A DNA stretch of 64,000 bases, from positions 52,578,001 to 52,642,000 of the forward strand of contig NC_045707.1 in the NCBI RefSeq assembly GCF_009834535.1. Reading direction: 5' to 3'. This document shows positions 48,599-62,160 of the stretch, in pieces. The notes below the pieces were generated by a model that did no database searches, was not told the origin of the DNA, and was given only the letters and a program-made list of their open reading frames with translations. The position numbers and the translations under genes are program-made. The stretch's first letter is position 1, and every line of letters begins with the position of its first letter. The stretch is from Camelus ferus (lineage: Eukaryota).

Positions 48599-48629
48599 TA
48601 CCATGATGTGGCTGAGGTCAGTGTGTGAG

Positions 48630-49059
48630 TGAGAAGGAAAAGCCGGGCTGGGCTAACAAGCTAACTCACAAATCTAAGTGTAACAGGTGTCAGATTACTG
48701 ATCTAAGTTCTGCTGGGCTAACTCGTAAATCTAAGTTAAAAGTGTCAGTTGGCTGATTCCCTGTTCATGATTTTTTGCTAGCCAGCTGGATTTTCAAAGA
48801 GACATACCTGGCCTTGAAATGTTGGTTTGCTGCCTCCCTGCCTCTATTTTTGTAACAATGATGCTGCTCAAGCTGTTCCATGCCTATTGGCCGAATATTC
48901 CAAGCTTGTACTTAACCCTATAAAACCTCATGCACACGTCTTGGAGGTGCTCAGAGCTTCGGAGCAGAAGCCCCTCTGAGCCCGCCGGCGTAATACATCT
49001 GAGTACTCCAACCCTCCGAGTGGTGCTTGTTTCTTGGCTGGCCTGTCATTTCCATAACA
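48630..49059 (+). mobile_element. Young ERV1/gammaretrovirus-like solo LTR, 430 bp
   Basis: TG...CA termini, perfect 4-bp TSD TGAG (48626-48629 and 49060-49063), U3 direct repeat, ATTGG box and TATAAAA at about 48919. Confidence 0.9.
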
Positions 49060-49866
49060 TGAGGGCTTAAATCTTGTCTAACTGGTGTCCCCAGGGCAGG
49101 GGTGAAGATGTTTTCTTTCGGAAGAAATAGTTACACAAACTTTGGGTATTGACGTCCTGGTGGGCAGCATGGGATCTCGAAGCCTCGCGTCCCCATCTCC
49201 GAGGCGCCTTCCATCGCCAGCCATCCTGACGGAGCCACAGGCCTTGCTGTGACTTCCAGAGCCCAGCAGTCCCACGCTGAGCCTTTGCCTGAAACCCACT
49301 GTCAAGAGACACACACGTTAGCAGGCACGCATGCACCAGCCTTTGCTGCTTTCAGCGCGGAAACCTGAAATGCCTGTACGCCGAGGAAGGGAGCGTGTGC
49401 GGCCTTCAGCACGCTGAGCTGCGCGCCTCTGGAATGGCTGCGGGCGGTGGCAATACCTCTGGGAGCTCTACTCAGGGTCCCTCTCATTACAAGAAAGGGG
49501 GACCAAAGTGAGTGATTTTAAAGGAAGGGGGGACAAGCGAACAAAAGCTGCTGACACGTACTGGATGTGTTTCTACGTGCACTCGCCTGCTCCCCTCAAC
49601 AGCCTCACCAAGCAGGTGCGACGCCCCTGACGCGGGGTCCGATTCATAACCTGACTGAGGCCACAGAGCCAGCATTTGAATCCAGTTGGTCTGAGGGTTC
49701 CAGAATTTTACAGGAACTAAAAGATGCAAAATAAATTGCAGCAAAGCTTCATGGCATTTGAAAGGGAACTTCTTTCCTTATTCTGCACAGATTTCACTGG
49801 CTTACCTGCTTGCTGCAGTGTACGACGCCGGCTCCAACTCCCAAGGCCAAGTGCATTTATCAACCC

Positions 49867-50283
49867 TGTACTGGGTTGAACAGTGTGCTGCCCACATCCA
49901 CGCCCACCCACACCTGTGAGTGTGATTCTATTTGCAATTAGAGTCTTTGCAGGTAAAGTCGAGTTAATACTGGATTAAGGTGGGCCCCGATCCAATGACT
50001 AGTGTCCATGTAAGAAGAGGGACACTTGGACGCAGTCGGAGGCAGAAGATTCCCTGGTGAAGGTGGGGCGGAGGTTGGAGTGATGCTGACACAAGCCAAG
50101 GACCGCCAGGGATTGCCAGCGCCCCCCAGAGGCTGCTGGAAGGAAGGCAGGATTCTTTCCCACAGCCTTTTGAGAAAGCCCCGGGGGCTGACACTTGGAT
50201 TTCTAGCCTTCGTAGCTGTGACAGAATAGCCCTCTGTGATTCTAAGCCCACCACTGTGCGAGCAGCTCTCGGACATGAACACA
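49867..50283 (+). mobile_element. MLT1 (MaLR) solo LTR, MLT1B/C-like
   Basis: tgtactgggttgaacagtgt start, gtgggccccgatccaatgactagtgtcc, acaagccaagga..aggcaggattct, and an end in aca. Confidence 0.88.
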
Positions 50284-50324
50284 GACATAACCCACCGGGT
50301 CCAGCTTAGGAAGCAGAGGCTGCT

Positions 50325-50735
50325 TGTGACAGGCTACTAACGGGTCCCCAGGATATGTCCCTGCCCCGATCCCTGGAACTTGTGAAAATTGCTCGATTTG
50401 AGAAAAAAAGGTCTTTGCGGATACAATCAAATTAACAATCTTTGGTTGAGTATATCGTCCTGAACTAACAGCGTGGACCCTAAATGCCATCCCAAGAGTC
50501 CTCACTGGGGACTCGATGCACACGGAGGAGAGGTGATGTGCACACAGAGGCAGAGATGGGGCGATGCGGGCGGAGGCAAGGAACACGGCCGCCTCCAGGA
50601 GCCTTGCCCGCCAGAGCCCTGCCAACACCTCGATTTTGGACTCTGGTCTCCAGAAGCGTCCGAGGGTGAATTTTTGTTGTTTTAAGCCACCAAATGTGTG
50701 GTAACTTGTTGTATTAGCCACTGGAAACTCATACA
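50325..50735 (+). mobile_element. MLT1 (MaLR) solo LTR, MLT1C/D-like
   Basis: atccctggaacttgtgaa, ggtctttgcggat, ccctgccaacacctcgattttggactctggtctccagaa and tgttgttttaagccacc..ggaaactcataca. Confidence 0.88.
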
Positions 50736-51345
50736 CGTCTGCAGATACCTCAGGCAGACAGACACATCAGCACAGAAAACAGAGGCTCACAAGCTGTCGG
50801 AAGGGCTTCAGGGGCGGGTGTCAGGGTCTGGGGCCGCCCCTGCGTCACCCACAGGTCTGAGGGGGCTGTTGCCAAAGTTACAGGATCCCTCAGTCCTGGA
50901 ACTGGTGACAGAAGGTGAAACACAGCATGTGACAGCTGCAGGCCAACTGCCACCACTGCAGGGGTAGAATTAGTAGGGTCTTTCAGGGAGAAGGGTGGAC
51001 AAGGGAGAAACAGAGAGAGAATGGCCAGCAGACACAAGGAACGGTGTTCAAAATCTTCACAACCAGTCACGTGGGCACCCCGAGTTGAAGAGACACCAGT
51101 TGCGGGCAAATGATAGGCACAGTCAATAATAGCTTTGATGGCAACTGCTTTTAATTTCATGGGAAAGATGAGATTTTCCCAGTTCACGATTTTGAGCAAG
51201 ACCACACCAATTTTAAATCAGCTTATCAGTTGTCACTGGCCAATTCTCCGCTGGTTGACATAGGCGGTAAAGAGTTAGCAGAGTTTGTGTATCGTGAGAA
51301 ATTCTCCTAAAAGAGGGTACGTGTGGTACGTTTCTCAGATACACC

Positions 51346-51527
51346 CCACTTTTAATCAGTTCTAAGACGCTGTCTATTTGAACACACGCCAGGACTTTAT
51401 GCACCACTGAGACAGAAAATTAATGCTGCCAGTTTAACTATGACATGGCATCTATTGTAATACACATTCCCAACGGAGAGACGTTAAGATGTGAAAATGT
51501 GTTTGTCCTCGAATCAATGAACTATAG
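51346..51527. mobile_element. MER104-like TcMar-Tc2 MITE
   Basis: About 180 bp with degraded inverted ends (ttttaatcagttctaagacgc / gtcctcgaatcaatgaactatag) and internal gctgccagtttaactatgaca. Confidence 0.6.
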
Positions 51528-52269
51528 CAACTCAGACGGCCGTGGAATGACCTGCCCCGTGTAGGACACATTTTCACTAGAAATGTGAAACCAAATAAAA
51601 ATAGAAAGCCGCATTATTACAGTTTAATTTTCTTTTAAGCCCTAGCTCTATGACTATAAATGTAATAGCTCATTGTAGAAAATGCAGCAAATTACAAGGA
51701 AGCCATCAAAATCAAGTGTATGGGCACACGGGCACCATGGAAACTCGCGCCAATGAAAGCAAGATCTAGGGGAAACCGTGTAATTCTCATCAAACTGACT
51801 TCCTCTCTGCCATCTCAGAGAGAGGTTTTTCAAAAACTATTTAAGGTAAAGATTGTTACCGCATTGACTTCCTGGTGCCCTGTAATGTGGGTCATTCTTC
51901 AGGTTATTTTTATTTCAATAAAGAGCTGAGTTTATAACACATTTATATTATACACAAACGAGTGGCATTTGACTGCATTGTCCTTTCTGAAGACACCTGC
52001 CACCTTGGCATGGCACTTTTTTTGCTAGAATTATCTCTACACACTATGTGATTTCCCTTATCTCTTCTTGGCCATGCCACAGTTCTTTTTTGAATAATCT
52101 ATCCTTGAAATAACGTGTGCATAATTTCTAATTCCATGTCTGTTACATAGTAGATGCTCATAAATGCTAGTTGGTATTCAAATTATTAACAACAATGCAA
52201 GACTTCAACTTTGTAGCACTTCTGCAAATGAGTGATAGAGAAATAAGTAAGATGGATACACCTTGGCTG

Positions 52270-52460
52270 GTAGTGCCATCACTTCCTAGCTATGGAAACT
52301 TGTGCTCAAGAAACTACAGCCTTGTGAGTTCCAGATTTCTTATCTATAAAGAAGGGATGACAATTTCTTCTAAATCTAAAAGAGTTGTATTAATGGAATG
52401 AAATACCTAAAAACGCCCGAAGCGGTACTTAGCACAGCCTGCCCTCAATCATTAGTTTCT
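52270..52460 (+). mobile_element. MIR SINE
   Basis: catcacttcctagctatggaaacttgtgc..agatttcttatctataaagaagggatgacaat..gtacttagcacagcctg. Confidence 0.65.
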
Positions 52461-52717
52461 GTTCCTTTCCTTCCTCCCTCTATTTGCCCATCCTTTCTCC
52501 CCAGCAGAGTGTCTGCTAAGTTTTGTAGCTGGTGGGAGAGTTTGACTCTAAGTTCCATAACGGTTGAGACTTGCTCACTGCTGTGGGGACAGTAAACAGT
52601 ACGTGGGGAGGACAAAGCCGAATAAACAGAAAAACAAACACATGAATGAGTGAATGACTCACATCCAAGTCGATGCCATAGAAACGGATGGGGGTGGGGC
52701 AGCAGAGGGACACACCT

Positions 52718-53016
52718 GGATACATCAGTTATGCACCGCTGCATAACAAATGGCCCCACCCCCATGGCTTTGAACCACAAGCGTCATCACCGCACAGTTT
52801 CTGGGATCAGTATTGTGATGTGCCTTAGCTCCTTACCCGACTCTGTTCCCGTGAGCTTGGCCCAGGCTGTGGTCTCACCTGAAGGGTCTAACGTGGCAGG
52901 TGTGTCTGCTGTTGAACTTCTCAGGGGGCTTTGCTCAGCCTCCATCTCCTGCCATGGGAAAATTTGCACAGGACTGTCCACAACTGGCTTTACCTGAGCA
53001 AGTGGTCCAGGAGAGA
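52718..53016 (-). mobile_element. Older MLT1 (MLT1H/J-like) LTR fragment
   Basis: atcagttatgcaccgctgcataacaaa..tggctttgaaccacaa..cacagtttctgggatcag..gtctcacctgaagg. Confidence 0.65.
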
Positions 53017-53019
53017 AGA

Positions 53020-53418
53020 ACACACTGGATGGCTTAAAATAACAGAAAATTATTCTCCCACAGGCCTGGAGGCCAGGCGTCCAGCATCCAGAGGTCGGTG
53101 AGCCATGCTCCCTCTGAGAGCTCTGGGAAGGCCTCCTTCCTTGCCTCTTCCAGCTTCTGGATGCTCCTGGAAATTCTTGCCATCCCTTGGCTTGTAAATG
53201 CCTCACTCCAATTCTGCCTCCATCTGTGCCTAGCCTCCACCCTGGGTCTCTGTGTCTGAAATTCCCTCCTTGTGTAAGGACACTGGTCACTGGGTTCAGC
53301 CCACCCTAACTCAGTATGCCCTTACCTTAACTTGGCTACATTGGCAAGGACCCAATCTCCAAGCTTCAAGGCTTAGGTTTTCAGTATCTATTTTGGGGAG
53401 ACACAGTTTAACCAATGA
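53020..53418 (-). mobile_element. MLT1B/C-like LTR
   Basis: ggcttaaaataacagaaaattattctcccacag..ggaggccag..tccttccttgcctcttccagcttctgg..taaggacactggtcactgg..ttttggggagacacagtt. Confidence 0.88.
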
Positions 53419-53719
53419 TGGGGTAACAAAGCCAATTTGGTGCATAGAAACCTCCAGGGGCCTTTCTAGAATTACTTGCAGGTGTTGAATTCTGACAGCA
53501 ACTTCCTTGACAATCAAGGCAACTCTTTCTCTTTGCGAGTCTATCTCCTGTGAGGGAGACCGAGGGAGGAAGTGGAGGTGACAACAGATCATGCAATGGG
53601 CTTTGGAAGAAGAAAAGTCTCCCCTCTTTTGGCAGCCACCTAGAGCAGAACGGGCCAGGGTCTCTTCTGTCTCGTTTGGGTCTGCAGGGAGCAACTAGCC
53701 AACTTCTGACACAGTCTTG

Positions 53720-54960
53720 ACCCTCGCTCGGTTATAAAGTGATATAGACACTCGTAAATCTCCATAATCAGAGAAAGCAAAGAAAAAATACCATTATATG
53801 TCAGAGAAGACACGTAATTCAAAGGAGTTTTCACAGTGTGAAAACTCACAGTAATTTCCTAAAACAGATTTACTCTGAGAAACAGGAGATAATTTAGGAA
53901 TTTGCTGATTTGTCCTCCTGCCTGAAAACGGAGGAGCATTCATTTAAGGGCAGAAAAATCTTAGATCAAAGAAATTCAGATAAACATTCTAAAAACAGGA
54001 ATTCTGCATTAAAAATGTTAAATATTAAAAATATTACAAAATTACTTCTTCTAGGGTGATTTTTGAGAATTTAAAAGACTTGAAGAGATTCAAAGGATAA
54101 GAAAATGAGAGAAAATGTGGGCATATACAGTCCTGTAAATGCAGTTTAATGTTTACAGGGCTCTCAACTTAATAGAGGAAACCTTTGCCCAGTAAAGAGC
54201 AGAGCAGAAAAGCTCTCAAAGTGCCAATTAAAATGAATAAACTGGTAAAATTTCTAAGCTGAGAATTTTTCATTTTAAGGCAAAGAGCAACAAAAAAAGA
54301 ACCTTCATGATATCCAATTAGGATTAAACGGGCCTTCGACCTCCTTTCTTCACTACCAAGCAGTGTCCATTCTGCACCAGACTGACCTGTCCATTCCAAC
54401 GCAAGATTTCCAACTGGCTCTTCATGTGCAAATGAATAGGAAAGTAGTATTTCTCGCTGGTGAATAAAGCACACCATCAATGGATCTCTCCTAGAAAAAT
54501 GCGTATTTTAGCCAACGGAAATAATCCGAGAATGGCGAAGAGTAGTAGAAAAAGCAACAGGAACAAAAGAAGCCGGTTACACAAAGAGCAAACTAAAAAT
54601 ACTTGTTAGAAAATCGTGCAGGTAACTTTTTTGAAAGATAGTATCGTAATTTGATAATAATAATGCCACTTACTAAGGGCTTATGATGGGTTAAAAATTT
54701 TAATTGCACAACATTGTATAACAATATGGGCCTAAAATCCAAGATGATCGTAATGAAACAAGAATCCTCAGGGGAGGTAAAAGAAGGAATGGGAGAAAAG
54801 GCAGGCCTAATTTCTTTTCACACAGATGGTAAATACAATAGACAGTCTTTCTTTATTTCCTTTCGCCAATTAAGGAATAATGGATACAACTTCACATATA
54901 TACACATACAACGAGACTTGCACATTCCAAGTCGCTACATACGAAAATGACCTAAGAATA
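53720..54960 (+). mobile_element. Ancient L1/HAL1-like fragment
   Basis: A-rich sense strand with ORF1-like texture (gataagaaaatgagagaaaat). No clean peptide match. Confidence 0.35.
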
Positions 54961-57900
54961 AACAGCTCTGAAGAGATTCAAAATAAGTAAGAGATGTTTC
55001 ATCGGGCCATGCTCCACACAGACGTCCGCCCGTCTCAGAACTGCCCCACCCGCCCATCCAGAGACAGTCACGCGCGTTGCGCACGACATCAACAGAATAG
55101 CAAGGAAACAGTATTCTGTCTCTTTTCCATCAGAGGGATGCAGTTACTGCTAAGATACCTTGTTCTCAGATTTCTCTGCAGCTCATACCTCTGGTCCAGC
55201 TCAGAGCTCCCGAAAAGTAAAAGATTAATTTTCATTAAGTCAGATTAATGGCTGGGGAACCTGTCTGAGTGGGAAGAAAATATTGAGCTATTTCAAGCAA
55301 TTAGATAATCCATTTCTAAAACCCCAACAGTGCAAACTCTAGGAGTCAAGCAAATGGAATCCAGCGTCTGCCAACCAGTGAGCATGTGGTATAAGGAATT
55401 TTGAGTAGTGAGCCGTCTATTTCTAGGTAAAACCATACTTAACCTTCTCTAAGTAACCCAGAAGCCTAAACTATGTAGGAGATTTAATAATAGCCATGTC
55501 CAAAAACTTTCATGTTAAAGGTTTTTTTTTTATTTAATGCTGCATCTAAGATATTTCATGGTGGGCTATGATGAAGACATTGCCTACAAAAAACAAAACA
55601 AAACAGAGAAAACCTCACACAGAAGGAAATCCCAACTGGTATGCTTCTGCTTGAAATACTGTGAGAATGTTTCAGTGGAATGAAATTCCACAGTGCGGAG
55701 GTCAAACGCAGTGACATCAGAGCAACAGTACACTGTGCACAATTTCCGGCTCTGGCTGGTTCTCTCAGCCAGCTTCCTCCTCTGTCCTGCCATGGACGTG
55801 GACTTTGAATTTAGACACCCCCCCCCCACCCGAGTCTGGAGCCTCATTCTCCACCTCCTAGATTTGTGACATAGCTTTACTTTGAGACGCAATGTCCTTA
55901 TTTTTAAAGCATGGACAGTGCTGTATCACTTATCACTGTGTGGTAATGTTGGGCACACGGTGGGCGTCCAGCACATTTTGGGTTTTTTTTCCCATGTTAT
56001 AAGCAAGCGCAAGGGCTCCGGATGATCAATATCATGCTCCCTCGGGTGAGACGCTAACAGTCAAACCATCTTTAAACCTGTCACACGAAACAAGATTAGG
56101 CTTTTCCCTGGTGGGTTTTGCTCGTTTTCCGCTGGTGGCTGTTTTGCCGTTTCCCCCTCTTTACCTTCTAGGTCGCTCTTCAGCTGCTTCCCCATTTTTC
56201 TCTTTCACTGATGGTGTGTATGCGTACCCGCTGGCCGTCTGGACAGACCTTGTTTGTTCCTGGCTGTGCTCTCTCAGCCCTGCCCAGCCTCCAGGGCCTG
56301 GACCGTGGCGTCACCCCCGACCAGTCTCACTCACGCTACTTTTGCTCTACCTGTCACCTCGACAGTCGCGTCTGGACGGGGACAGGCTTGGACGGCTGAG
56401 ACTGGGAAGGGCCAGAGCCTGTGACCCACCCGCCCGGCAGGTCCGGGAAGATGCTGGAGGCACTCCCAGTCGCAGGCTCTCCTGCAGGGCCAGGCGGGGG
56501 GAGACCTGGCTCAAGGGGTTGATAAGACTGAGGAAGAAAACACTGGCAGGCAGAAGGTCCACAAGGCGGATCCCAGCACAGAAAAATCGAGAAGACTGGA
56601 GAAGGCCCTGGAAGACTCTCAGCACTAAGCAGTCAAGCAGGACGTTTCCGAGTCTCCTTCGCAGTATCGAGTCTTAGCTCTTGTCCAGGAGGAGGGCGCA
56701 GGGAAGGGACTGCCGAGCCCATCACTGAGGCCACCCAGGCACAGTGGCAGCAGAGGGGGCAGGTCCTCGAGGAACAGGAGGACATCCATCCGGGTTCCGG
56801 GACTTAAATAGAAGGTCAGGTTCCGAGGTGCGGCAACGTTCACCTGAGGGCTATTTCTGACAGACGGGAAAAGACTGATCAGGTGGGCAAGTCGTCACGT
56901 CTTCCAGGCCCTGTCCTCTGACCCTCACTGGCTCACAGGTGTCTCAGTACATGGTTCCAAACATAAACACTTGTTCTCTAACTTTTCTCTTCTTTGATCA
57001 GGGAGCAGTCTGCTGTCAGAGCCTTGTCTTGGTCTTCAAATAATGAGCGCCTACCTGACGCCCAGTAAATATTTGTTGTTTTATTATTACTGAATTGTGG
57101 CTAAATTCCAACCCAACTCCTATGCATAAACACATTTCTTTCTTTTTTTCCGTAAACTCTTCTTTCTCTCTAATTTATCTGTGAGATCAAACTCCACAGC
57201 ACAGGATGGTGCCTCCTTCATAACATGCAATGGGAGATGCACAGGGCCCTGTATGGCGGAAATTCTCCTGACCGCGGTCCCCACGTTAGAAGCCATTTTA
57301 GTTCATCTTTGGGAAGGCATTAGCCCAGTTTTGTTGACCCACGTAGCCTATTTTTCAAAGGACAAAGTTTCCATTCTGGAGTAAATCAATGTTTGCACGT
57401 CGCTGCTTTTGAAATCTATGCACATAAGCGCGAGAATGTGAACCCACTGAGCCCCGCCGAACAGAATGAGAGAAACAAACGGGACTGCACACTCCGCATT
57501 CTCGCCTCGACGGGTTTTAAGGACTATTAACAGCATCCCTTACAGCAGCAACTGCTGGAGCATCCCTCTGCTTTCTGGAAGTCCACCTGAGCTGGGAGCA
57601 GACGGCCTCGGAGGCAGACAGAAGCCCTCTCCCCAGCCAGGCAGAGTCACTGTCTGCAGAGCAGTGGTTGACAGCAGCTGCAGCTGGAGCGACAGAAGCC
57701 CCGGGGCCGGGCTGGTGCAGAGATGACAGCAGGATTTGGACGCAAACCCTAAGGCGTCCCCGCTCATGACAGCGCCCGGCCGAAAGCAAGGTCAGCCCCG
57801 CTTGCTGAACCAAGGTCCAAAGTTAAAACTGTAAGAAATACAAGATTTGCCCCATGAAGCGCTTTTAAGATGCAGCCACCTCAATGCAATATACTTAGAA

Positions 57901-58739
57901 ATACAGTCCTTAATGCCTTCGATCATCATGGATTCTAAAATATTAAGAGAGGATTACACACAGGGACAGGCTGCTAACTAGATAGCTTTGCAGACAGAGC
58001 AAGAGATGAAGACAAGTGCCGTGGGACTCCCTCTCCAGGTCAAGCACGGAAACACTTCTCGGCCGTAACCGTCCCCCCTGCTAGCACAGGGCTAAAGCTG
58101 ATGTCTCCCTCAGCTGCTGTCCCCGGTCTCCTGGGGGACGTTGTGCAAGGGATTCTTTGGCCCCCAGTTCACACTGTCCCCCCGATGCTGTGAACTGCCT
58201 GCCTGCCGGAGATCTCGGGGGCTTGAGTTGTCAGCTAGCCTGATGGAAGAGGCAGATGACGGGGACCAGGGGGGACCAGGGCCACCGGCACAGGGTGGTG
58301 CTGGTGACAAGACACACCATCCTTGGCTTTAGTTCCCCTTTTCGTGTGGATACTTTTCAGTTTCCTTGATGGGCCTCCATCTACCTTCATCTTTTCAAAG
58401 GCTGAGTCCTGCTTGAAAAAGTGAATTAACATCTTCACCCTCCCCGTGACAGCCAGCGACATGTCTCTAAGGCCCAATTCTGTTCCTCTTCCCCACGCAT
58501 TGCACAAAGAAGCTCCGTAGGGATGGAGAGGTTGAGAGGAGGACAAACAGAAAAGGAGGAAGGACTTCAGGCTGAGAGCCCCTGACACCCAGAGGCACAG
58601 GATTTAGGATTAAGGGACAAGACTGCCACTGGGTGACAGTTTCCTGGGAATAGTAAGTGACTTAAGAAATTGATGCAATATTGATATTTCGGGGACAGAA
58701 GCGAAGGAGCTAACTGATTCTGTCTGAGTCTAATCAGTT

Positions 58740-59175
58740 TAGCCTCCTGGGTTCATCTCTACAACCCAGGTGTCCATCCAGCTTGCGTTGTGTTTCCCTC
58801 TCCCGCTGGAATGGTCGGCGCAGCTGTCCTTCACTCTCCCCGTGTTTACACCACTGCACCTCTGCACCTCTGACCATGCTTTTCCCAAGACTTAACAAAT
58901 TCTCTTCCCTGCTTATGGAAATGACACTCATAACTGTTCCACCCTGGAGCAAACACTGTTCTCTTTTAAGTTTGCCAAGTTTATTATCTATAGCCAATAT
59001 TATTTTCTTGGCATTTAATTGTGTTTTCATTCATCACACCCCTTGAGTTGTTATTCAACTTTTTAACATTCTGTAAGCTGACTGCAGAAATTATATGTTC
59101 TATTTTCCTTTGTTTTCCCCCAAAGGCTGTGCCACAGCACACAGAGCATACAGAATACAGATAGTTGGATGACTA
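58740..59175 (+). mobile_element. L2 3' fragment, degraded
   Basis: Pyrimidine-rich body ending ctgtaagct..tgttctattttcctttgttttcccc..acagcac, like the L2 3' end. Confidence 0.4.
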
Positions 59176-60159
59176 TCCACAGTTTCACCTCTGCAGATTC
59201 TATCTCCAAGCTGGAGGGTGTGGGAGCATTCAGACTATTTATTTTTGGAAATCAATAAGATTGCAGAAAACATAAAACTGAAAGGCATACTCTTGAGTAC
59301 GCTCAGAAATTTGAAATGTTCAGTTTCTTTGGAAATTCTGAGCACAGTGTTTTTCTCTTGTATGTTTATGTTGGGTGACCACATGTTACCAAAATGTGTG
59401 TGGGACAGGACTGCTCTTCAGGGAGAAGATTCTTCTCCTCTATAACAACTGTCTTACAAAAAGAAATAAAAATTTAAAAAATCCTCGCCCCAAAGGGAAG
59501 CGGCTGCTAACTTAGACCCCCGTCTCAACCACACAGCAACTGTGGGTTATTTTTGGTGGTTTTCACATCTGCCTCGTGCTGTTTTTCTCTCGCTGTCCTT
59601 TTTCCTCCCCACAGACTGTCTCCATTTGAGAATGTACTGGAGCTGACACTCCTTTTATCAAAATCCCTATAAATAAGCTGTTTATTTAGCTTCTGCTAAT
59701 AACACTTCGAGCTGTTTCAGGTTTCTTCTGCTTCCTTTTAGTTTTTTTATCAAACAAATTGCACCTAGGGTTTGAATTATTTTTGTTTTTGGAAAAAAGG
59801 TGAAAAAATGTATCAGTCCTCAAAAAGAGGAAGGATGACACATTTACAGCACCATGAGGCCACCACCCAGAGGCATTTCGAGGTAGCAGGTTTCACCTGG
59901 GCGATTTAGCCCCTGCTCGCTCCCAGGGAGACAAAGATCATGGTGTCCTTCTTGCACTGGCTGTTTCTCCCATAACTTAAAACAATCAATGTGCCACAAT
60001 GGCGTGTTTCAGGGTCTCCTGACCTGAGCCCCATCACTGGTACTGAGAGAAACGCCTGTGTCCTACAGCCGTAGTGAATGTGCTTAGCAGCACCGGGAGC
60101 CCTTCAGCAGAGCTGCTCAGACCCCGCGACAGACGGTCGTACCATCTGTGAATGAACAC

Positions 60160-62160
60160 AGTGTTACTTCTGCTCTTCTAGTCTGGATGTGTTTTATCCT
60201 CGCCTTGTTCCTGAGCTTACGGGGAAAACATTCAGTGTCTCACCTTTAACTACAATGTTAGCCATGGGATATTCACACATGAAATTTATCACACTGGGGA
60301 AGTTTCCTTCCATTTCTAATTTCCTGTCAAATTCTTTTTCTCTTCCCTACAATTGTTGATATAATGACATGGTTTTTCTTCTTTAGTTTGTTGATATGGT
60401 CTATTACATTGATTGATTCTGAATGTGAAGTCAACCTTGCACTGGTCAGATGAAGCCCACTTTGTCACAGTGAAACATGCTTTCTGTGTGTTAATTGGGT
60501 TCAACTTGCTAACCTTTAGTTTAGAATTTTTGTCAGTAAATTCATAAGAGATACTGGTCTATAGCCTTATTTTTTTGGGCCATCGTTGTCTGGCATTGGC
60601 AAGAAGGCAACACTGGCCTCATAAATCAATGGAGACGTGTCCCTTTGTCCTCTGTTTTCTCACATATTGGTAGATATTTGGCAGAACTGGCATCATTCCT
60701 TCCTTACGTGTTTGGTAGGTTCACCAGTGAAGCCATCTGGCTCTAGGATCATTGGCTGAAACGGTTGTTTGGAAGACTTTTCAACTACAAATTTAACTTT
60801 TTTTTTTTGTACCCATTTCTTCTGAGTTAGCTTTGGTAGTTTTTGTCTTTCAAGAAATCTGTCCATTTCATTTAAGTTGTCAGGTTAATTGTCATACAGT
60901 TGTGCATGACATCCCTTTGCTTTTCTTTCGACGTCCGTCGGCACTTATCTCCTTCCTGGTAGCAGTTATTTATGTCTTCTCTCTTGTTTGCTTATGATTT
61001 CAGTCACAGTAAAGATTCGTGTTATTGATTTTTCTCAAAGATCTAGCATTTGGCTTGATTTACTTTCTCTGTTTCTTTTGCTGAGTCTTTTACTGATTCA
61101 TCCTTAATCTTTATTCTTTTCTCCCCTCTGCTTTCTTTGTGTTACAGGGGCTCTTCTTGGGGGGCAGGCTATGCTCGGTAACGTGAGATCTTTCTCCTTG
61201 GCATCCTACAGACATTAATTCACTGTGTTTTTATTTTTATTCAGTTCAAAATATATTCTAACTCTCGTGATTTCTCTTTGACTCATGAGCTATTTAGAAG
61301 TAAAATATCTGGCTATTTTCACACATCTTTCTGTCATGGGTTCCTAATTTAATCCCCTTGTGTTTGGAGAATATACTTTATATGACTTGAAATCTTTAAA
61401 TTTATTGGTATTTGTTTCTTCTTCCAGAGTATGGTCTTTGTTGGCATATGTTTCACATGTACTTGTACAGAATATTTATTCTGCTCTTGTCTTGTATATT
61501 TTACTGGTTTTCCATCTACTTGTTTTTTATCAGTTGTTGAAGGAGGGTTGATGAAATACCCAAATATAATTACGGATTTGTCTTTTTCTCCTTTCAGTTT
61601 TATCAGTTTTGCTTCATGTCCTTTTGAGGTACTATTATTAGGCCAAAATGTTTATAGTTATTATTATCCTTTAAGATTCTGACCTTTTATAATTATGTAA
61701 TAAACTCCTTTATCCCTGGTATCTTTTCCTGAAATCAGCTTCATCTGATATTAATGCTCCAGCTTTTTTGGATCCATGTCAACCTGATAGAACCTCTTCT
61801 ATCCTTTACTGTCAATGTGTTTGTGTGTGTATATTTAACGTGTGTTTCTTACAGTCAGTATGTAGTCAGGTCTTGCTTTTGAAATCCAATCTAACCTCTC
61901 TAACCATTTAATCTAGTGTGCTTATTGGTATGGTTAGGTTCAAGTCTGTAATTTTGCTATTTATTTTGTTTCTTCCATCATTTCTTCAGCCATTTTCTTT
62001 TTTTCTCCTTCCTTTTATTATTATTTTAATAATCTTTTTATCTCTTTTGTTGATTTACTAGCCATTAATATTTGTTTTATTGTTTTAGTGTTAGTGTTTA
62101 TCGTATGTATTTTGACTTATTATGGTCTACCTTTATATGCTATTATAGCACTACACATAT
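60160..62160 (-). mobile_element. Old L1M ORF2 (RT to EN) fragment, resuming briefly after the LTR (62983-63063)
   Basis: ggggaaaacattcagtgtctcacc, ttcaccagtgaagccatctgg and gttgatgaaatacccaaatataattacggatttgtc. Minus ORF QCKVDFTFRINQCNRPYQQTKEEKP parallels [17 protein letters not shown] in the young L1. Confidence 0.85.

Noticed and set aside
56111..56677. 188-aa ORF
   Set aside because: GTG start, no recognisable domain, and composition typical of GC-rich non-coding DNA.
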